Part shown: positions 1 through 12,200 of the stretch, one piece after another | How positions within the stretch are numbered: position 1 is the stretch's first letter | How the letters are laid out: each line of letters begins with the position of its first letter | Program-made: the position numbers and the translations under genes | The notes under the pieces: generated by a model | Databases searched by the model: none | What the model saw: only the letters and a program-made list of their open reading frames with translations | Told to the model about the DNA's origin: nothing | Assembly (NCBI GenBank): GCA_028534125.1 | Contig: CM052817.1 | Coordinates: 9,860,001-9,924,000, forward strand | Reading direction: 5' to 3' | Source of the DNA: Lama glama | Lineage: Eukaryota | DNA: 64,000 nt

Positions 1-14
1 TTAAAACTGTGCTT

Positions 15-790
15 TTATTTTATTTTTGAATTTTTTTGTTTTTAACGAATAAAAAAAGTATACTATTTTTAAAGGTTACTTTCCATTTACAGTAATTACA
101 AAATTTTTGCTATATTCCCTGTGCTGAACAATACATCCCTGAGCCTATCTTGCACCCAATAGTTTTCACTTCCCCCTTCCTCACCCCAGTATTGCCCTTT
201 CCCCACTTCCCCACTGGGACCACTAGTTTGTTCTCTTTATCTGTGCGTCTGCTTCTTTTTGTTACATTCACTAATGTGATGTATTTTTTAGATTCCACAT
301 ATAAGTGATATCATACAGTATTTGTCTTTCTCTCTCTGACTTATTTCACTTAGCACAATGCCCTCCAAGTCCATCCATGTTGCTGCAAATGGCCAAATTT
401 TGTTCTTTTTTATGGCTGAGTAGTATTCCATTGAATATACATACCACATCTTCTTTATCCATTCATCAGTCAATGAACACTTAAGTTGTTTCCATATCTT
501 GGCAATTATAAGCAATGCTGTTATGAACATTAGGGTGCATGTATCTTTTCGAATTAGAATTTTTGTGTTTTTTCCTTTTTTGGAAATATACCAGGAGTGA
601 AATTGCTGGGTCATATGGTAGTTCTAGTTTTAGTTTTTTGAGTAAAACTCCACACTGTTTTCCACAGTGGCTGCACCAATTTACATCCCCTCCAACAGTG
701 TATGAGGGTTCCCTTTTCTCCACATCTTCACCCACATTGTTATTTGTGTTTTTTTTGTTGATAGCCATTCCAACAGGTGTGAGGTAATAT
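15..790 (-). mobile_element. L1 3' fragment (ORF2 C-terminus plus 3' UTR)
   Basis: Minus-strand ORF fragments [10 protein letters not shown]..., MFITALLIIAKIWKQLKC...DEWIKKMWY...MEYYSAIKKN are typical of the L1 ORF2 end. Confidence 0.9.
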
Positions 791-829
791 CTTCTTATAG
801 TAAAATCATGCTTTTAGAAGTGGAATGGC

Positions 830-1222
830 CATCAAGATTAAAGGCTGCATTTCTCATCTTCCTCTGTAGCGAAGTGTGCCCCTATGACTACATTTTGGCA
901 ATTAAGACAAGAGCAAATAATAAACATTTTCTAGTACCTGTTCTTACAAGGCAGCTGGCAGGTGTCCACTGCTGCTGCTACTTTTCCTTCCTCTTCCTTC
1001 TCCTTTCTCATCCCCTTTCTTTTCTCTAACCATTCCTACTGGCTGGAATGTAGTCATGATGGCTGGAACTGGAGCAGCTATTTTGGACTGAGCAGATGGG
1101 TCTCCAACAATGTGAAATGTCTTGCCAGTTCCAGGTACTGACCTCTAGATTCATATGTGAGAGAAAAATAAAATTCTATCTGCAGTTATAGGTCTTATTA
1201 ACTCAGATCAAATCCTGATATA
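830..1222 (+). mobile_element. Old ERVL-class solo LTR (LTR33/LTR16-like)
   Basis: ctggctggaatgtagtcatgatggctggaactggagcagctattttggac and gagagaaaaataaa resemble recalled consensus segments. Confidence 0.5.
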
Positions 1223-2519
1223 CTTGTTCATAGAAGTTGTATGAGGTTAAATGAAATGTGTACGTGACACATATACGCAGCCCTTGATAAATGCTGCCTG
1301 TCACTGTTGCTGTTATTACTTCAGCTCACCAAGCAAGTGGGTGACTGGTCTGGAATTTTGTCCTGCGGCTGTTTTACATTGAAACTGTTACATTTTCTAA
1401 GCTGATTTTTACTAAAGTGAGGATGGGTGCCCATACAAAACTGAGAGCAAGGAGAAACACATGTTGCTTTTGGACAAGGGGACAAGCGGGCTGCTATCCT
1501 CTAGCCTGTGTATGTGCCCTAGACCCGACCCCGAGCACCTGTGTGTTCCCACCACCCCAGGTGTGGGATGTATCGACCATATGTGTCCTTCAGGACCCTG
1601 TGAGGATAAGCCATGTTCAAGGTTAACCCATGAGCCACAGGCCACGACTGCCTCTGCTGGCTGGGGATGTCTGCTCACAGCCAGGAAGGTCTGAGCAAGG
1701 GGCACAAAAAGAAAGGAAGGAAATATAATGCTGATATTGACTGGACCCTTATTCTGTGCAGAGCACTGTTCTGAAAGCATTTAACATGTGCTTTATTTAA
1801 TCCCAGGACATCTGAGTTCAGCAGATACTTTCTGGATGAGGAAAGAGAGGCAGGGAGAGGTTGAGTGGTTTTCTCAGGGATGCACAGTATAAGAGGCGGA
1901 GCCAGTGTTGAGATAGGCAGCCTAACCCAAGGGCCTCCCTCCTTGTCCTCAACAAAATGGCTTTCCCTTGTTTCCTGTCCCAAAAACAGCAGGTGCACAG
2001 GGTGGTTTCCTTGTGAGGGCCTGTGACCTCACTGATAGTCTGTGATTTCTTGGCTTATCAGGAGGAATAATCCACTCGACTTGGCCCTTCTGAGTCAGGA
2101 GGGCTTCCAGAAGACCCTCTGGAAAACTGCTTTGCATGTGCACTGCTGGGGTAGGGCTCAGAGGGATAGAAAACTCGGGGCTTGTGTTCACGCCCCCAAG
2201 TCAGGCTGCCTGACCCATCCTTAGGATGCTGTCCTAGGGTGCTGGGTCCAAAGGCTGGAGTTTGTCCCGGTATTGATGCTACCTGAGCTCTCCCAGTGGA
2301 AGCCCACCTCCTTTCCCCTAGAAGTGATGGGCTCATGTGCACTTGTTAACACAAACACAAAGGAAGTTCTGGCTGCAATCTGCCCTGGCTCCCCTCCCTC
2401 TCCTCAGTCTCTTCTGCTTGGCCTGCCTGCCTTCTCACTGCCAGGAGCTATTGGAAAGGGACATAGATCTGAAATTTCTGCTTCAGAGACTTTTCTCCAT
2501 CTTTGGGGCTAGCACAGAG

Positions 2520-3075
2520 TTTTTCAGAGTGATTCTTCAAAACCACAAAAAAGCTGAGGCCACATTCATGCTTAAAACCATCCACTGGTTTCCCATGGTA
2601 ATTAGGGCAAAATCTGAAATTGTTTCCTTGGTCTGAAAGACCTGAGGGATCTGCCTATCAGTTATTTTCCTGACTTGATTTCTCACCACTGCCCACCCCC
2701 CACCCTCCCCGTTCTTCTTTCACTTCCTCAAAATCAGCAAGCTCTTTTCTGCCTCAGGGCCTTTGCACTTGCAGCCCTCTCTCTGAAAAGCACACCCTGT
2801 CAATGTTTAGTCTCCGGGAGCCCTCTCCTGACCAGCCTCCCTAAAGTGGTCATTGCTTCAATATTCCCCACTGATTTCCTGCATTCTCATCATAATCCGT
2901 ACTTACTTTGTTAATGTATTTGCTAGTCTGTATACTGTCTGCCTCTCTAACCAGAGTGTGAGCCCCGTGAGGGCAAGGACCTTGTAGGGCAGGGAGGGTG
3001 ATGCTCATCTCATAAAAATGCTGCACGCACTGGATGAGATGATGTGTATGAACTACTTGGCACACAGTGGGTGCT
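2520..3075 (+). mobile_element. L2 3' fragment
   Basis: L2-type segments gcctcagggcctttgcacttgc and gtgtgagccccgtgagggcaaggac. Confidence 0.65.
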
Positions 3076-3166
3076 TCTTCAATGAGATTCTTTTTGGATA
3101 GTTATGTTCTAAACATACGTTTGAAACCAAATTACTCATTTTTACTTCCCATGTTTTATCTCTCAG

Positions 3167-3296
3167 AGATAGAGATTGCAAAAAGATCGAGGAGACCTTC
3201 AGGAATGCATTTATTTTTAAGGACCCCTGCGAGGTGACAGAGGAAGACTACCACCCACTGATGGAGCTGACGAGTCAAACTGTGCCTTGTGACAAG
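3167..3296 (+). CDS. CD38: CD38 exon 2 (130 nt)
   Basis: tctcag|AGATAGAGATTGC...TGTGACAAG|gtaact; encodes DRDCKK...[14 protein letters not shown]...QTVPCDK. Confidence 0.95.
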
Positions 3297-6200
3297 GTAA
3301 CTGGGTCAAATTATGGATTTAAAACTGAAGATAAAAGCCAGAGGGAAGAGGTCATGGGACTGAATTTTGACCAGAATGAAGAAGGAGGAAAATTTGGGTA
3401 TTAGGATGTAGGCATGGTTGGCAGGAGTCGAGGTCAGGCTGAGGCCATGGGGAGACCAGATGTCATCAGGATTTAGGACATCTGCAGACGGGAGGTAAGA
3501 GAGAGAATTGGGGACATGGAAAGAGGGAAGGCGAGTCGACCAAAAATCAGACAAAACCCAATCCAACCCAAACAAAAATAACCCACCTTATATAACTGCA
3601 AAACCCTCCCTGGTCTCTGGTGGTGATGATGATGGTGATGGTGACAACGATGCCATTTTGCCTTTGCTAAGTGCCTTTTTTGCTTACAAAGGACTCTCCT
3701 GTTAGGTTTTCACAGTCAACCCGTGGAACAGGCAGGTCAGCTATCAGCATCCTCATTTCACCAGTGAAAAAACCGAGGCTTGGAGAGTTTAGGTGACCAG
3801 TGATTTTGTTACGGAAATGACAGGCCAGCCAAGGAACAAGCACCACTCGGAGGGTTGGAGTACTCAGATGTATTACGCAGGCGGGCTCAGAGGGGCTTCT
3901 GCTCCGAAGCTCTGAGCACCTCCAAGACGTGCACATGAGGTTTTATAGGGTTAATTACAAGTATGGGCTATTAGCCAATGAGGTTCAAACAACAAAAAGC
4001 AAGGAATCAGTACACTGGAGCTTATCAATTTGGAACAGATCACGTTACTGACACTTGTTGAGCTTGGATTTATGAGTTAGCTTGTTAGCCCAGTAAACTG
4101 ACAATAACTTTAGATTCACAAATTAGCCTGGCAGAACTTATATCAGTAAACCGACACTTATTACACTTAGATTTGTGACTTAGCTCGTTAGCCCAATAGA
4201 CTGACACTAAACTTCACATTTATGAGTTAGCCCAGCAGAACTCAGATCAGTAATCCGACACTTGTTGCACTTAGATTTGTGACTTAGCTTGTTAGCCCAG
4301 CTGGGCTTTTCCTTCACAATTTCTCACGTTTGATCGTCTGGAAAGTGACCAGCTGAAATGTAAATGGCTCAAGATTTAGAGCCAGAGAGTCCTGGGTTCT
4401 AATACATTAGTTATACTGGAGAAGGTCTGTAACAGAGTACATGTTTTCTAAAGTCAGCATTTGAGGTGAAAATTCAATGTGCCTCAAATCATCTTTACGA
4501 AGCCCTTGGGCCAGCCACAAATGACAGCGTCTCCTCCCGTCGTTAGAGCTGGAGCTACTGAGCTGGAGCTGTGGCTGGTGCGCTGAGCACAAGGTCTCAC
4601 AGAGGAGCCGCTGGGCAAAGCATCACCCAGGGACACTGGTCGAATAAGTGACCGTGACACAGACACGCACTTTATTTGCATTGTCTCATTTCATCTCAGC
4701 ATCTCAGGAGTTCCTTGCAATGATTATCGATACCATTTCACAGATGGGGAAAGTGAGGCTTAGCAACTCTGTGGTTGCCCAAGGTCAGACGGCTAGTAAG
4801 CAGTGATGCCATTTCTTAAGTCAGCGTGACTCCAGGACCCAGGCTTTTAACCGTAGCCTCCACTGCCTCCTATGAGGAGTGAATAGATCCATGAGACAGA
4901 AGATTGTTCTGAAATTTGACTTTCTATGCCGTTACAAGGGACCCTGAAAAAACTCACTGTATGTGTTCAATTCCTGTTTTGTATGGCGATGGGGGAGTTT
5001 TGAGGGGAAAGCTGGGATTATGGAGCTCTTTAAGAATCAAAAGCACTTCCCAGAAAGTAGCACATAGACAAAATTCTTTGGCAGATAACTTTAGGAAGTT
5101 TGGAACTTCCTAATGCCTCCCCTAGATGTGTTTGAGCTTAGATTTATTGTAGGATTTTGATCAGGGGCTTTCAGACTTTTTCCCCTGCCATCCTGAATAA
5201 TACATTCGTTTTACATTGTGACCTAGAGAACGCGCGCACGCGCACACACACACACAAAGCAGTAATTCACTCAACAACACTTACCCTTACTGTAGGTGAT
5301 TTACTCTTACGTTTTCCATTGTTTAAAAAGATGTGGATTTGATTTTTTTTTTGACTTAGTAAATGGATACTAGATGACAGATGATCTCAACAATAGATGG
5401 TGTTCATTCTCTCTCAGACGGTCTTTTGGAGCAGAACAAAGGAGCTGGCGCATCAGTACACGTGGGTCCGGCAGGAGATGTTCACGCTGGAGAACACGCT
5501 GCTGGGTTACGTGGCCGACGGCCTCACCTGGTGCGGGGACTCAGGCTCTTCTGGTGAGGATCCGGGCCCTCTGGGGATGCCAAGGGGCGTGCAGGGCGCA
5601 GGGGGCGTGAAGGGCGCAGCGGCCCTGAGCTCTGCCAGGGATCCTAGAAGATCCATCCGGAGGAAGGAGCCGCAGGTACCCAAACTGATACCACCTGTAT
5701 CCTTATTGATGTACAGTAGCGCTTTTCAGACTGACTCCTGTTTTCTAGAAAAATGGACCCCAGGGTTTGGGGGTGCCAAGCTCCCTGGCCCCCTCCCTTC
5801 TGAGTGCAGGAGCAGCCTGCATCTGAACTGTTGGGGTTCTGCTTTCTATATGCACCTCATCCAGGACCAAGGAATTCTGGAGCAGGTTGAGGCCTCGGAG
5901 GGAATAAGGCCAAAGTTCTTTTTTTCAGTATATATGTATTTTTATTGACATATAGTCAGTTTGTAATGTTGTGTCAATTTCTGGTGTACAGTGTAATACT
6001 TCAGTCTTACATGAGCACGCATATATTCGTTTTCATATTCTTTTTCACCGTAAGTTCCTGCAAGATATAGACTATAGTTCCCTGTGCTGTACAGTAGGAC
6101 CACAGTGTTCATTTTATAGATAGTAGTTAGTATCTGCAAATCCCAAACTCCCGATTTATCCCTCCTCACCCTCTTTCTCCCCTGGTAACCGGAAGTTTGT

Positions 6201-9200
6201 TTTCTATGCCTGTGAGTCTGTCTCTGTTTTGCAAATAAGTTCATTTGTATCATTTTTTTTAAGCTTCCACATATAAGTGATATCATATGGTATCTTTTTT
6301 TCTCTTTCTGGCTTACTTCTTTAGAATGATGATCTCCAGGTCCATTCATGTGGCTGCAAATCAGGCCAAAGTTCTCGTTCCACAGAACAGACGCAGCGGC
6401 CACGCGCTGAGCCTCTCTGCGTCTCAGCCAGTGTGTGGCTTTGCTCTTGTTCAAAGATGGTCTTACCTTGCCCAGAAAGACCCAAAACACCTCACCTTGG
6501 GAAGGTGTTTTCTACTCAGAAAACCCTATTGAGCTCATTTCACTCTTTTTTTTCTTTCTCTTTTTATTTATATGGTGGATCTTTTTACTTTACATTGTTT
6601 TATTCTTATTTTTGTTTTTGACTTTATTTAAAATTTTATTGTTGTAGTGTCTTCGACCCAGGTTTGCATTATTTCCAATTACAAAAATGATGCACTCAGT
6701 TGAAAAATACTTGCATATACAGAAATGCATAAAAGCGAACCGTAAAAAATGCCTTTTCCCCTCCCTCCTCAATTTCCAGGCTACTTCCCAAAGGGTGACT
6801 GTTGTCAACAATTTGATCCGTATCTTACATTTCCTCTTGCTCATATAAGCATGTACAGATCTTCCTCGATTTATGAGGGGGTTAAGCCCCAATAAACCCA
6901 TTGTAAGTTGAAAATATTGTAAGCCAAAAATGCATTTAATAAACCTAACCCACTGAACATCATAGCTTAGCCCAGCCCACCTCAAACTCAGAACACATGC
7001 ATTAGCCTACAGCTGCGCAAAATGACCTAACACAAAGCCTATTTTATAATAAAATGTTGAATATCTCATGTAATTTACGGAATACTATACTGAAAGTGAA
7101 AAACAGAATTGTTGTCTGGGTACCGAGTGGTTGTAAGCGTATGGGTTATTTACCTTGGTGATGGCGTGTCTGACCGGGAGCTGTGACTCCCTGCCGCTGC
7201 TTAGCGTGGCGAGAGGGTGTCACAGCACGTATCACTAGCCCAGGGAGAGATCAAAATTCAAAATTCTAAACACCACTTTTACTGAACGTGTATCGCTTTC
7301 ACACCATTGTAAAGCTGAAAGATCCTAAGTCGAAGCATCGTTAAGTCGGGGACAGTCTGTCTGAAAGGTACACACACTGTTTTGCAATTTGACTTATTCA
7401 CTTAATAGGTATTCATACAGCCATCCTTTTTTTTAAAAAGCCTCATTGTATTTCCTCTGTGGACACATCATAATTTATTTGACCAATCTCTTACTGATGG
7501 ACATTTAGGTTGTTCCAACCACTGTTACAAGGAGTGCTTCTGTGCACATATACACCCGCAAGCTTGTGGAAGTATGTCTGAAAGATAAATGTCTACAGAT
7601 GAAATTTCAGTGTGGAATAAATTATGGTGGAAACTGATAAGTTGTTATTCAAAAGGTGGTAACAATTCATACTCTCAAAATATATGAGATCATCTATTTA
7701 CCCACACCCTCACCAACGCTGGCCATTAATACTTTATAATGTCTTGCCAACCTGAGAAAGAAATAATACGTTGGCTTATTATGCATTTTTTTATTGTAAG
7801 GTGAGCATACTTGTATATTTAATGATCGATATTTCTATTTCCATTGTAAACTGGCAGTTTGTGTATTAATCCTTTTTTATTGGGTTGTCTGTTGTTTTCT
7901 TATTTATAGAAGTTCTATATAAAGTAACAATAGTAGTTAATGCTTATTGGGTACTTACGAAGTCCCAGCCATTGCTGCACATGCTGTATGAATTTTCACT
8001 TGTTTAACCCTTCACAGCCCCAGGAGGTCCTATGATAATCCCATTTTACAGGCCAGAAGTCTGAGGCACAGGGCTGTTATGTAACTTGCCAGCTAGTAAG
8101 TGACACAGCTGGTTGCAAACCCAGGATTACTGGCTCGAGATCGTGTGTTCTTAACCACATGCCATCCTGCCTGTTTTCTGCCACAGAGGTGGCAAATCTA
8201 TCTTTCTCAGTTTCCATTTTTCTTTTTAATACTGTTTATATTCTGTCTTTGGCCACACAGAAATGCAGTTAATCTGTTGACCCCTTCCTGTCTGGCTGCT
8301 GGTTTCATATTTGGCTTAGATTTTCTTCACTCAAGATTGAAAAGTCTTCTGTATTTTCACCTAGCATTTTTATTTTTGTAGTTTTTCATTTAATCTTTAA
8401 TCTGGACTCTTTCCACCCAGACATATGGTATAGGAATATATCTCTCCATTTATTCATTTTCTTCTTGGTTAAACTTTATAGTTTTGTTTGCCATATTTTT
8501 TACTTTCCTTTTTTTAATTTCCCTTTTCACAAGTTAGCTTTTCTTGGTCATTCATTTAATTCTTTTAGCTTTTAAATGTGTTTTCTGTAAAATTTTCTCT
8601 TTTGGCTTTATTTTTCAGTTTCTCACCTCAAGTCTTTCTTAGAATAAAATGGAGATATATAAACTTTTAAAGATCTATTTGTTATCTATTTATCTTTTAG
8701 AGTTCTTTATTTTTCTTTCTTTTTAATTGAATTTTGTATAGGTTGTTTCATTTTGTCTACTTCCTTTTTGGCCTCAGTTTTTACTGATTAAAAAAAATCG
8801 TTAAAAACTGACCTCCTTATTTTATTCGCTGTCTTTCAGGTTCCTAATTTTCATGTTTTAACCGTTCTATAGTCTGGCTTAAACGTTTTCTGTCAATTTT
8901 TTCTACCTTAGTTTTGCCTTGTTTCTTTGTTTTATTACTAAAGTCTTAACTTCTGTTATAGCCTTCTAATCTCTCTTTTTAAACTTCTTACTCTGCTTTT
9001 TTATGTACTTAATTTCTCTTTCTTTAATGAAAAATTTCCCCCCTTTTCTTTTTCCCTCTGATTTTAAAATTTCATTTAATGGTATGTGTGAATAGGGCAG
9101 GTGGCAAGGCAGACACCCTTCTGGGGAGAGGGGTGGTGATAAACTCAGAGACTGCTCTCTGGATGTGGCTGTTAAGATGAAAAAGCTTTATGTTCATGAA

Positions 9201-12200
9201 AACCTATGAACGGGAGCACTTTGTAACTCCTTACAAAATGTGTATTCATTTCATTATTGTCAACATTTTTGCCTCTGTGGGGAGATGATTCAAATTTATC
9301 TTTGGACTCCACAGTAATTATTTATCTCCGTACATGGAAATTTTAAAAATTTGTGCAATTTTGGTTTTACAGCATTCAGTTATTATTAAAACTCCCAGAA
9401 TTGCTTCCTCATCCCAGGAAGGGTTTCTGATGTAGAACTTTCTTTCCTGTCATTGGCCGTCAAGCCCACATCTGTGGTTATACTGGTTTCCTGTGGTTAC
9501 TGTAATGAAGTGTCACATACTCGGTAGCATAAAACAATAGAAATTTATTTTCTCACAGCTCTGGAGGCCGGAAGTCATAGATCATGGTGTTGTCTGGGCC
9601 ATGGTCTCTGAATGCTCTAGAAAAGAAGCCTTTGCCTGTTGGCTTGTGGATACATCACTCCAACCTCTGCCTCCATCATCACATGGCTGTCTTCCTTCTG
9701 TGTGTCTCTGTCATTTTCTCTTTGTGCACGTCTGTCTCTGTGACCAATCTTCTCCTTCTTATAAGGACATCAGTCTTACTGGATTGAGACTCACCCATCC
9801 TAACTGCATGGTGTCACTTATATGTGTAATCTGAAAAAAAAATGCCAAACTCAGAAACGAGAGAGGACATAAGTGGTTTCCAGGGGCTGGAAGGTGGAGG
9901 GAGAAGTTGGTTCCAACTTTCAGTTATAAGATGGATGTGATCCAAGGATCTAATGTACAGCCTGGTGACTATATTTGCTGACGCTGTATTGCATAACTGA
10001 TATTTGCCATGAGAGTAGGACTTAAATGTTACCATCCAAAAAAAAAAAAAAAAGAATATGAGGTGATGGATGTGTTCATTAACCTGATCAGGGAGAATCT
10101 TTTCATAAGGTGTGTGATATCAAATTATTACATTGTACACTTTAAATATCTTACAATTTTATTTTTCAATTATACACCAAAAAAAATCAAAATAAATGTC
10201 TGTGCACTAAGGCAGAAATCCTTGGGAGAAATAACACAGACACTATATATTCACGCCTTGTGTGTGTGGTTCCTCCCCGACAGCTGGGCCTGTCAGGACG
10301 GAGAGAATGCAGAAAGACTTTGAGGGCGTCTGAGCCTAAGGGTGTGGGGACTGAGGGAAGTGGGAGGAAGGCTGTCAAGAAGAGGGGGTTGGCAGGGAGC
10401 AGAGGGGAGATTGACAAGAGGGGCCCCTGTGGGCCCAGTTTTATCTCCAATGCTCCTTGGGAGAGGGAGTAATGTTGCGGCTCGTCTCTGCCAGATGAGC
10501 TTTAGCTGCAGTTTCCCAGAATGATGACTCAACATTGGTCACCGTGTTCCTGTCTGGGATTTGGAGGGTAAGGTAAGGACTTGGAAGGGATTCAGGGGCA
10601 CTTAGTTAAATTGGGCTGAGATGTGTCCATTCTCCATCCTCCATCTTGGCAGTGCTGCCATTGGAAAGTGGCTCCACTGTGATCCAATAGCTGGGAAAGA
10701 ACAGAGATGAATTAGACCCTTTCTTTTCCACTTTAATTATTTCTCTGTAACTATGTCTTTCAGAAATAAACTATCAATCTTGTCCAGACTGGAGGAAAGA
10801 CTGCAAGAACAACTCTGTGTCTGTATTCTGGAAGGTGCTGTCCAAAACGGTAAGTACCACAAGTGAAATTCTAGAATCCTGGAGACCAAAGAGCTTAAGA
10901 GGTCATCCAGTCAGTGATTGGTTTTAATTCGTTTGGGATCACAGGTCCTCTTAGAAACAAAGTTTAGAATTCTTTCCTGAGAAAAATGTTCGTAAGCACA
11001 CGCCAGAAGATTTTCACATAAAAATTTCGGGCATCTATTGAAGGTCCCTGGGCTCCCATTAAAGACTCCTGCTCTTACCCATTTTTTGGTGTTGGCTGCC
11101 AGGCATCTCTGGCTTGGTTTAATCCTCTGCTGTGAGGATTGGCCGACTTTAGATTCCTGGAGCAGTCTTAATAATCTACATTTGCAGACCATTTACTGTG
11201 TGCCAGGTGCAATTCCTCAGGTCTTTAACGTGGATTAAAATCCTTCAGTCTCACCAGAATCCTATGACATAGGTCCCATGAGCATCACATCCATTTTACA
11301 GATGACAGGTGGAGGTGCAGGTAAATAAGGATGCTACTAAATGTGCCCAGTAAGGGGCAGACCTGGGTGCTTATCCCAAACTGTCCGACTCCAGATCCAG
11401 AATCCAGGCTGGGAAATTCTCCCTGACCTCCCCTCTATCTACTTCTGATTCTAGCTGCCTTTGTGCGTATTTATCTATTTATTTTAATGGAGGAATTGAG
11501 GATTGAACCCAGGACCTCATGCCTGCTGAGCACACGCTGTACCACTGAGCTATACCTTCTCCCTGTGCACATTTATTTGTCTTCTGAGTTGCTTGCTTGC
11601 AAGTAGACTAGGAAAAAAGGGGAGAGAAAGAAAAAAAGAAATGAATAGAAAAAAGAGGAGAAAATAAAACTATACTACTCAGATTTCTCCAAAAGTAAAT
11701 TTAGACATCTGAGGAGCTAGGGTGGGTGAAGACTCACATTTGTTAAGTGCATATTTATGAAAAGTCCTGGGCCAGGTGCCTGACCTGTGTCGTCTCATTC
11801 AGTCCTCACCATTGATGCTGTGAGAAGGTACAGATCCCCTTGTTCCAGGTAAGAGGTTAAGTGATTCATTCAAGGTCAATGGACTGGTAAGTAGCAGAGC
11901 TGAAAGTCTAAGCTACCTTAAGGAGATTCAAGCAAACCCTGGGATGGTTGAGAGAAGGAGATAGCCTGAGGTTTGAAAGAAGGAAACTGCTTAAACTTGA
12001 ACAGATTCTTTTAACTCTTCTGCCCTTCAGATTCCTTATCTGTCAAATAGAGATAAAAATGATGCCTGTCCTGTAGGGTTGCTGCAAAGCTTAAACAAGA
12101 TCCCGCCATCCATCAGCCAACTCAGAATGCATTCAGCAAATATTTGTGGAGTACCTGCTATGTGAACAAATATTTGCTGAGTACCTACTATGTGCTGTGA

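Noticed and set aside
4034..4300. CRISPR-like repeat-spacer array
   Set aside because: The intervening segments are homologous to each other, so it is a tandem repeat; the context is eukaryotic and there are no cas genes.
5397..5948. 183-aa ORF as a stand-alone gene
   Set aside because: It is CD38 exon 3 read through into intron 3; similarity stops at the GT donor at 5554.
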